A stretch of DNA of 64,000 bases, from assembly GCA_038727135.1 (NCBI GenBank), contig JAVYWL010000001.1, positions 32,001 through 96,000 of the forward strand, in the 5' to 3' direction. This DNA comes from Candidatus Bathyarchaeia archaeon (GTDB lineage: Archaea; Thermoproteota; Bathyarchaeia; Bathyarchaeales; Bathycorpusculaceae). Below the pieces are notes generated by a model, which did no database searches, was not told the DNA's origin, and saw nothing but the letters and a program-made list of their open reading frames with translations. The translations under genes and the position numbers were made by a program. This document shows positions 58,675-64,000 of this stretch, piece by piece (positions within the stretch are counted from its first letter, which is position 1; the number at the start of each line of letters is the position of its first letter).

Positions 58675-59694
58675 TTATGGGCGGTATATTAAGTGCACCC
58701 TGTTCCCGGCAGGGTCTCTGCTTTTCAAATAGACTGCTTTGACATCTGGTTTCATTGTGGGTTCTTCGAGTTCAACGCCTTTCTCTTTGAGGTAGTTGCA
58801 GGCCGCTTCAAAGTTTGAAACATAGATGGCTATGTGTCCGCGAACATCGGCCTCTTGAGATTTCATAACTTCTATTTTGCCGGTTCCAACCCCGGAAAGC
58901 ATAATCGAAGTTTTTCCCTCTTTCTTTGAGAAGCCAAATGTTTGAGCATACCAATCAGCTATAGCGTTTGCGTCAGCTTTCTCTGTAGGGTAAATTGCAA
59001 CATGCTCAACTCCTAGGAAAAGAGGTACACCGCGTGCTTCACGTATCCACTGTATGCAGTTTTCAACCCTCTTCTTTATTGCCTCAAAGTCTCCAGCCTT
59101 CACAAAGTCTTTAACAATAAGGTTTGAGCCCATGTTCACGGCAACGGCGCCGGCTTTTATCCAGCTTGAAATGCTTTCCTTTGTTGCCTCAACTCCGCCA
59201 GAAGGCATAAGTCTAGACCATGGACAAGGTCCGAGAATGTCCTTTATAAATTGCGGTCCTAGAACATCTGCCGGGAAAATTTTTATTATGTCAGCGCCCA
59301 TCTCTTCAGCCTGTGATATTTCTGATGGTGTACTGCAGCCTGGGACATAAGCCACCTTATACCTATTGCATATTTTTGCTACCTCTGAATTGAATACTGG
59401 GCCTACAATGAAGTTTGCTCCACAATTTATGTAAAGTGAGGCTGCGGATGGTTCAAGTATGGTTCCTGCGCCGAGGATTACGTCTGGAAGTTCCTTGTCA
59501 CGCCATTTTACAAGCTCGCTGAAAACTTGATAGGCTAATGCTCCCCTGTTTGTGAATTCAACAACCTTTGCTCCGCCTTCAGCACAAGCTGCCACGATTT
59601 TCTTCGCTGTTTCCAAATCCCCTTCATAAAATGTTGGAAGAAGCCCTATTTCAGCTATCTTTGAAACAACCTCATGCTTTAATAATCTTGGCAT
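58675..59694 (-). CDS. eda: KDPG/KHG aldolase (bacterial Eda type) fused to VOC/glyoxalase domain
   Basis: VEFTNR, GAGTI, GANFIV, PGCSTPSE, IKIFPA, MPSGGV; C-term EHVAI..HIAIYVSNFEAA..DPAGNRVHL. Confidence 0.87.
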   Translation of the reverse strand: MPRLLKHEVVSKIAEIGLLPTFYEGDLETAKKIVAACAEGGAKVVEFTNRGALAYQVFSELVKWRDKELPDVILGAGTILEPSAASLYINCGANFIVGPVFNSEVAKICNRYKVAYVPGCSTPSEISQAEEMGADIIKIFPADVLGPQFIKDILGPCPWSRLMPSGGVEATKESISSWIKAGAVAVNMGSNLIVKDFVKAGDFEAIKKRVENCIQWIREARGVPLFLGVEHVAIYPTEKADANAIADWYAQTFGFSKKEGKTSIMLSGVGTGKIEVMKSQEADVRGHIAIYVSNFEAACNYLKEKGVELEEPTMKPDVKAVYLKSRDPAGNRVHLIYRP

Positions 59695-59712
59695 TTATGA
59701 CGCCTCCATTAT

Positions 59713-60747
59713 TTAGCGGACTATCCTCCCAGAAGTTATTCCCTTCATGATGTTTTCCACTTCGCTTAATTTAACTATGCACGAGTCGCCGTACACCGAA
59801 TGCTTTAGACAGGAAACGGCAACAGCGAAGTTCAAAGCCTTCTGCTTGTCATTGCCGAAATTTAGAAGCCCATATATTAAGCCGCCGGAGAAGGCGTCGC
59901 CCGCACCGACCCTATCCACAATGAAGTCAATGTCGTAGGTTGGAGCCGTGTAGAATTTATCGCCATCATACAATGCGCCGGACCATGTATTGTGAGTTGC
60001 GCTTATGCTCCCACGAAGTGTAAAGGCAACCGTTTTGATGTTTGGAAACATCTCCATAATCTTTTTTGCCACATACTCGTAGCTTTCAGCTTTCACCACG
60101 CCTTTTACAACATCTACTTCTGGAGGTTTAATGCCGAACACTTTTTCCGCGTCCTCCTCATTGGCAACCATGACGTCAACGAATTCCGCTAGCTGCGACA
60201 TGACTTCCTTAGCAGTTTTACCCCACTTCCACAGGGCAGCTCTATAATTGAGGTCGCATGAGACTGTTAAATTCATACTTTTTGCCTTTTTAACCGCTTC
60301 TAAGCATGTGTTTGCCGCGTTTTCGCTCACAGCTGGAGTTATTCCGGTCCAGTGGAACCAGCACGCATCAGCAAATATTTTGTCCCAGTCGAAATCCTTC
60401 GGGCTTGCCGTTGCAAAGGAAGAATTGGCCCTATCATATATAACTCTGTTCGCCCTCTGAGCTGCGCCGATTTCGAGAAAGTATATGCCTAAACGTTCGC
60501 CGCCGCGAACTATTTTTTCTGTCCCAACACCAAACTGCCGCAAATAGTTTATGCAAGCATCACCCAAATCATTCGGCGGAAGCCTAGTAACAAAGTCCGC
60601 GGGCTGACCAAGATTTGCCAGAGTTATTGCAACATTTGCCTCTGCTCCGGCATAAATCGCATCGAAAGACCTGGTTTGAGTAATCCTCAGAAAGCCTGGT
60701 GGTGCCAAACGCAGCATTATTTCGCCGAAAGTAACAACCTTTCTCAA
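59713..60747 (-). CDS. kdgK: 2-keto-3-deoxygluconate kinase (PfkB family)
   Basis: FGEIMLRL, GAEANVA, YDRANS, DLNYR..LW, DRVGAGDAFSGG. Confidence 0.88.
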   Translation of the reverse strand: MRKVVTFGEIMLRLAPPGFLRITQTRSFDAIYAGAEANVAITLANLGQPADFVTRLPPNDLGDACINYLRQFGVGTEKIVRGGERLGIYFLEIGAAQRANRVIYDRANSSFATASPKDFDWDKIFADACWFHWTGITPAVSENAANTCLEAVKKAKSMNLTVSCDLNYRAALWKWGKTAKEVMSQLAEFVDVMVANEEDAEKVFGIKPPEVDVVKGVVKAESYEYVAKKIMEMFPNIKTVAFTLRGSISATHNTWSGALYDGDKFYTAPTYDIDFIVDRVGAGDAFSGGLIYGLLNFGNDKQKALNFAVAVSCLKHSVYGDSCIVKLSEVENIMKGITSGRIVR

Positions 60748-60880
60748 TTAACCCCACCTCAAATTTCGGTTCAGCGATATTAAGCGGCCCATGCTCATAA
60801 ATGTAACGCCAAAGAACATGCATTCTTTTGGAAAAACTTATAACATGTACAGATTACCCACTGAAGCGAGGTTGAAAATT

Positions 60881-61627
60881 ATGACGGCAAGCGTTAAAAA
60901 CGATGTAAAAATCAGAGTTTTGGGCATATGTGGAAGTCCCCGCAAAAACGCGAACACTGAATTCTTGCTGGATCAAGCTTTAGATGCAGCGAAATCCGTT
61001 GACCCCGAAAACGTGGACGTAGAAGCCTACTCTATAGCCGGTAAAGAATATCTTCCATGCATAAGTTGCTTCTCATGTGCAAAAACAGGAGAATGCATAA
61101 GAAGTAAAAAGGATGATTTCAACGAACTCCGCGACAAATGGATTGAAGCTGACGCCGTCATAATGGCGGTTCCAGTCTACCACCTAAGCATACCAGGGCA
61201 GCTGAAATGTTTTATCGATAGGCTCGGAAACAGCATTTGGAGCTACGAGGGCAGTGCAGGAAAACATCTAAAAGTTTACGGAGCCATCGCCCAAGGAGTC
61301 CACATATTTTCCGGCCAAGAGAATGCGATAAAAGAGATAATAAACCATGCAATAGTGATGGGCAACATCATAACTTCCGGGGACCCGTGGGAATCCTATT
61401 TAGGCGGTGCCGGATGGACTGAAAATAGAACGGAAAAGGACGCTCTGAAAAGCCTATATGAATCTAAGAGTTTCGATGCTGAGGTTGCGGTGAAGTCTGC
61501 CAGAAGCTTGGGCAAGAGAGTTGCGGAGTTAGCCCTAATAATAAAGGCTGGCGCCCTCCACTACATTGACTATCTAGAAAAAGATCCATTATACAAACCT
61601 CTCATAAGGAGAATAAGGAAAAGATAG
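60881..61627 (+). CDS. Iron-sulfur flavoprotein / flavodoxin-fold protein
   Basis: GSPRKNANT, PCISCFSC...C, PVY..PGQLKCFIDR; start uncertain (60791-60881). Confidence 0.85.
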   Translation: MTASVKNDVKIRVLGICGSPRKNANTEFLLDQALDAAKSVDPENVDVEAYSIAGKEYLPCISCFSCAKTGECIRSKKDDFNELRDKWIEADAVIMAVPVYHLSIPGQLKCFIDRLGNSIWSYEGSAGKHLKVYGAIAQGVHIFSGQENAIKEIINHAIVMGNIITSGDPWESYLGGAGWTENRTEKDALKSLYESKSFDAEVAVKSARSLGKRVAELALIIKAGALHYIDYLEKDPLYKPLIRRIRKR

Positions 61628-61708
61628 TATCATTAGCAAAGCGAACATCAGTAAAGGCTTTTATACTATGCCGAGTTCATGTCTTCTTCGATCGGAAGGT
61701 GGCATTTG

Positions 61709-62194
61709 ATGGAGAAACCGCTCTTATTCCTGGACTTGGATGCTTGCACTGGTTGCAAGGCTTGTGTTGTAGCCTGCTCTCTTAGAAAAGAGCGGAAACT
61801 TGACATGGGAGTGGCCAGGCTGTGGGTGCCGAAGAAAGAAAGCATATGCCTAGCTGTGCCTGTGATATGTGAACAATGCGAAAACGCGCCTTGCCAAAAC
61901 ATTTGCCCAACGAGGGCAATATCAAGAGACCCTAAAACCAACGCGCTTTTTGTGGACGAAAAAAAATGTATAGGCTGTAAGGAATGCGTTTGGGCCTGTC
62001 CCTTCGGAGCCATAACCGTTAGGCATGGAGTAGCCATCAAATGCGACTTATGCGATGGTGATCCGGAATGCGCAAAAGTATGCATTCCCAAAGCCATTCA
62101 ATACACAAGTTTAGAGGAGGAAGGTTTCGATAAAAAGTGGCGTTCTCTGGAAAAGCGCATCAAAGCCCTAGCAACAATTGTTGGAGGAAAATAA
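61709..62194 (+). CDS. 4Fe-4S dicluster protein (AOR electron-transfer subunit)
   Basis: CTGCKACVVAC, CEQCENAPCQNICP, CIGCKECVWACP, KCDLC..CAKVC; directly precedes AOR. Confidence 0.88.
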   Translation: MEKPLLFLDLDACTGCKACVVACSLRKERKLDMGVARLWVPKKESICLAVPVICEQCENAPCQNICPTRAISRDPKTNALFVDEKKCIGCKECVWACPFGAITVRHGVAIKCDLCDGDPECAKVCIPKAIQYTSLEEEGFDKKWRSLEKRIKALATIVGGK

Positions 62195-62195
62195 G

Positions 62196-64000
62196 ATGTA
62201 TGGATGGCAAGGTAAAATCCTCCACATAGACCTAACTAAAGGAAAAATATGGATCGAGGAACTTGATAGAAAACTTGCGGAACTTTTCCTAGGAGGTAGA
62301 GGAATAAACGCAAAGCTTCTATGGGACCTAATAGGTAAGCCGGGGATAGACCCCCTCGGGCCTGAAAATGTACTAATATTCGGAACTGGAACGCTAACCG
62401 GTACAACAGCACCATCGTCCGGAAGAACAACAATTACATGTAAAGGTCCTATAACGAATCTTTATTTAAAGACGAACATGGGCGGCCACTGGGGCGCCGA
62501 GCTAAAATTTGCAGGCTACGACCATTTAGTTGTACACGGAAGAGCCAACCATCCAGTATACGTAGCTATCCAAGACGAGAGCGTTGAAATAAGAGACGCT
62601 AAACATCTTTGGGGATTAAACGTCAGGGAAACAACAGAAGCGCTTGTAGATGAATTAGATGATAAGGAAACTAAAGTTGCATGTATTGGGCCGGCTGGAG
62701 AGAACCTTGTAAAATATGCGGCTGTAATGAACTCCGTTTACCATGCAGCTGGCAGAGGTGGCGCCGGGGCTGTTATGGGTTCAAAGAATCTGAAGGCAAT
62801 AGCTGTTAGAGGCACAAAAAGCATAGAATTGTGGAAGCCGGACGAATTCAGAGAACTAGCCCTAGAAGTGAGAAAAAATTTAGCAAAGGACAGCGGCGCC
62901 CAATCTCTTTATAATTATGGCACATCAGGGTCCTTAGAGTTTGTCAACAACTTGCACGCCTTTCCAAACCGCAACTTCAAGTACGGACACATAGAAAACG
63001 TAACGCCTTTAACGGGACAAAACCTTGTTGAAAAAGGATATCTACTAAGGCGTGTTGGATGCTTCAGCTGCACCACAAGCTGCCATAGATTTGTACAAGC
63101 AAAGGAAGGTCCATACGCTGGAACTTTCACTGGAGGACCCGAATACGAAACATTTGCGGCTTTGGGTTCCCAAACATGGGTTCTAGACACAGACGCAGTG
63201 ATAAAAGCTAATGAATTATGCAACATCTATGGACTTGACACCATTTCCACCGGCACCACAATCGCGTGGGCTATGGAAAGCTATGAAAGGGGCGTCTTGA
63301 CCAAAGAAGAAACTGATGGCATAGAATTGAGTTTCGGGAACGCTGATGCGGTGATAAAGACTATCGAAGCGATAGCTTTTCGCAAGGGGAAACTTGGCAA
63401 TCTTCTAGCTGAAGGCGTGAAACGTGCTTCTGAAAAAGTTGGAAAAGACAGCTGGAAGTGGGCCATATGCAATGCAAAAGGTCTCGAACAGTCAAACGTT
63501 GAAACACGATCCGCGAAGGCCTACGCCTTGGCCTTTGCCGTTAACCCCCGCGGTCCAGACCATCTCCACACAGAAACCTTTGCAGAGTTTGGTGCCAGCC
63601 CAGAGGCAATAGCCCTTATAGAGAAACTCACCGGAGATAAGAAGTGGGCTTCACCATATTATACTGAGTATCGTCCAGAGATTGTGCGTTGGCATGAGGA
63701 CTGCTATGCAGTTACAGATAGTTTAGGCTTCTGTGCCTTTGCAACAACAGCCGCATACGCGGTTAACCCAGAGAACATGGCTCAAATGTTCTATTTAGCA
63801 ACGGGCATTCCAATGGATGAGAAGACGATAATGACTGCTGGGCGGCGCATTGTAACCCTTGAGAAATGCTTTAACGTAAGGGAGGGCGCTGACAGAAAAC
63901 TCGATAACCTCCCATGGCGGCTGATGAACGAACCTGCAGCCTCGGGTCCAGCCAAAGGCATGATGAACTCGGAGCAGGAACTAAACGCCATGCTTGACAA
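62196..64000 (+). CDS. aor: Tungsten aldehyde:ferredoxin oxidoreductase family protein (runs off window end)
   Basis: Not in ORF track. From ATG 62196: MYGWQGKILHIDLT..FLGGRG..DPLGPEN..IGPAGE..AAGRGGAGAVMGSKNLKAI..GPEYET..GLDTIS. Confidence 0.92.
   Translation, partial: MYGWQGKILHIDLTKGKIWIEELDRKLAELFLGGRGINAKLLWDLIGKPGIDPLGPENVLIFGTGTLTGTTAPSSGRTTITCKGPITNLYLKTNMGGHWGAELKFAGYDHLVVHGRANHPVYVAIQDESVEIRDAKHLWGLNVRETTEALVDELDDKETKVACIGPAGENLVKYAAVMNSVYHAAGRGGAGAVMGSKNLKAIAVRGTKSIELWKPDEFRELALEVRKNLAKDSGAQSLYNYGTSGSLEFVNNLHAFPNRNFKYGHIENVTPLTGQNLVEKGYLLRRVGCFSCTTSCHRFVQAKEGPYAGTFTGGPEYETFAALGSQTWVLDTDAVIKANELCNIYGLDTISTGTTIAWAMESYERGVLTKEETDGIELSFGNADAVIKTIEAIAFRKGKLGNLLAEGVKRASEKVGKDSWKWAICNAKGLEQSNVETRSAKAYALAFAVNPRGPDHLHTETFAEFGASPEAIALIEKLTGDKKWASPYYTEYRPEIVRWHEDCYAVTDSLGFCAFATTAAYAVNPENMAQMFYLATGIPMDEKTIMTAGRRIVTLEKCFNVREGADRKLDNLPWRLMNEPAASGPAKGMMNSEQELNAMLD

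Noticed and set aside
62236-64000. Short ORFs listed in the last 1.8 kb
   Set aside because: Shadows of the AOR gene, which the track missed because it has no stop within the window.

Overview
Archaeal chromosomal window. Gene content and order (PolB3, archaeal DnaG, DUF1512-map, multiple HdrA paralogues, intron-containing tRNA, solitary 5S rRNA) are most consistent with a Bathyarchaeia-like organism; this assignment is an inference. 1-26.5 kb: a dense flavin-based electron-bifurcation region with three HdrA paralogues, HdrBC, MvhAG hydrogenase, several MvhD domains (one fused to a winged helix, one with no cysteines), NfnAB, an HdrD-like protein, TrxB and an unusual RHH-GcvH fusion lacking the lipoyl lysine. 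It is interrupted at about 15.7-18.2 kb by an AT-rich accessory island holding a decayed Cas1-like C-terminal fragment and small membrane-protein genes, each ending next to a recurrent ~22-bp motif. 27-47.9 kb: core informational genes (leuS, tRNA-Arg with D-loop intron, a PolB with degenerate proofreading motifs, dnaG, tyrS, pheST, trpS, map, 5S rRNA), plus a candidate structured ncRNA and a dispersed short repeat family. 48-64 kb: an uncharacterised catabolic cluster (APC permease, metallophosphoesterase, nucleotidyltransferase-like protein, DUF917, GlcD/GlcF-like pair, KdgK, Eda-VOC fusion, AOR). All family calls come from motif recognition by eye; no database search was run.
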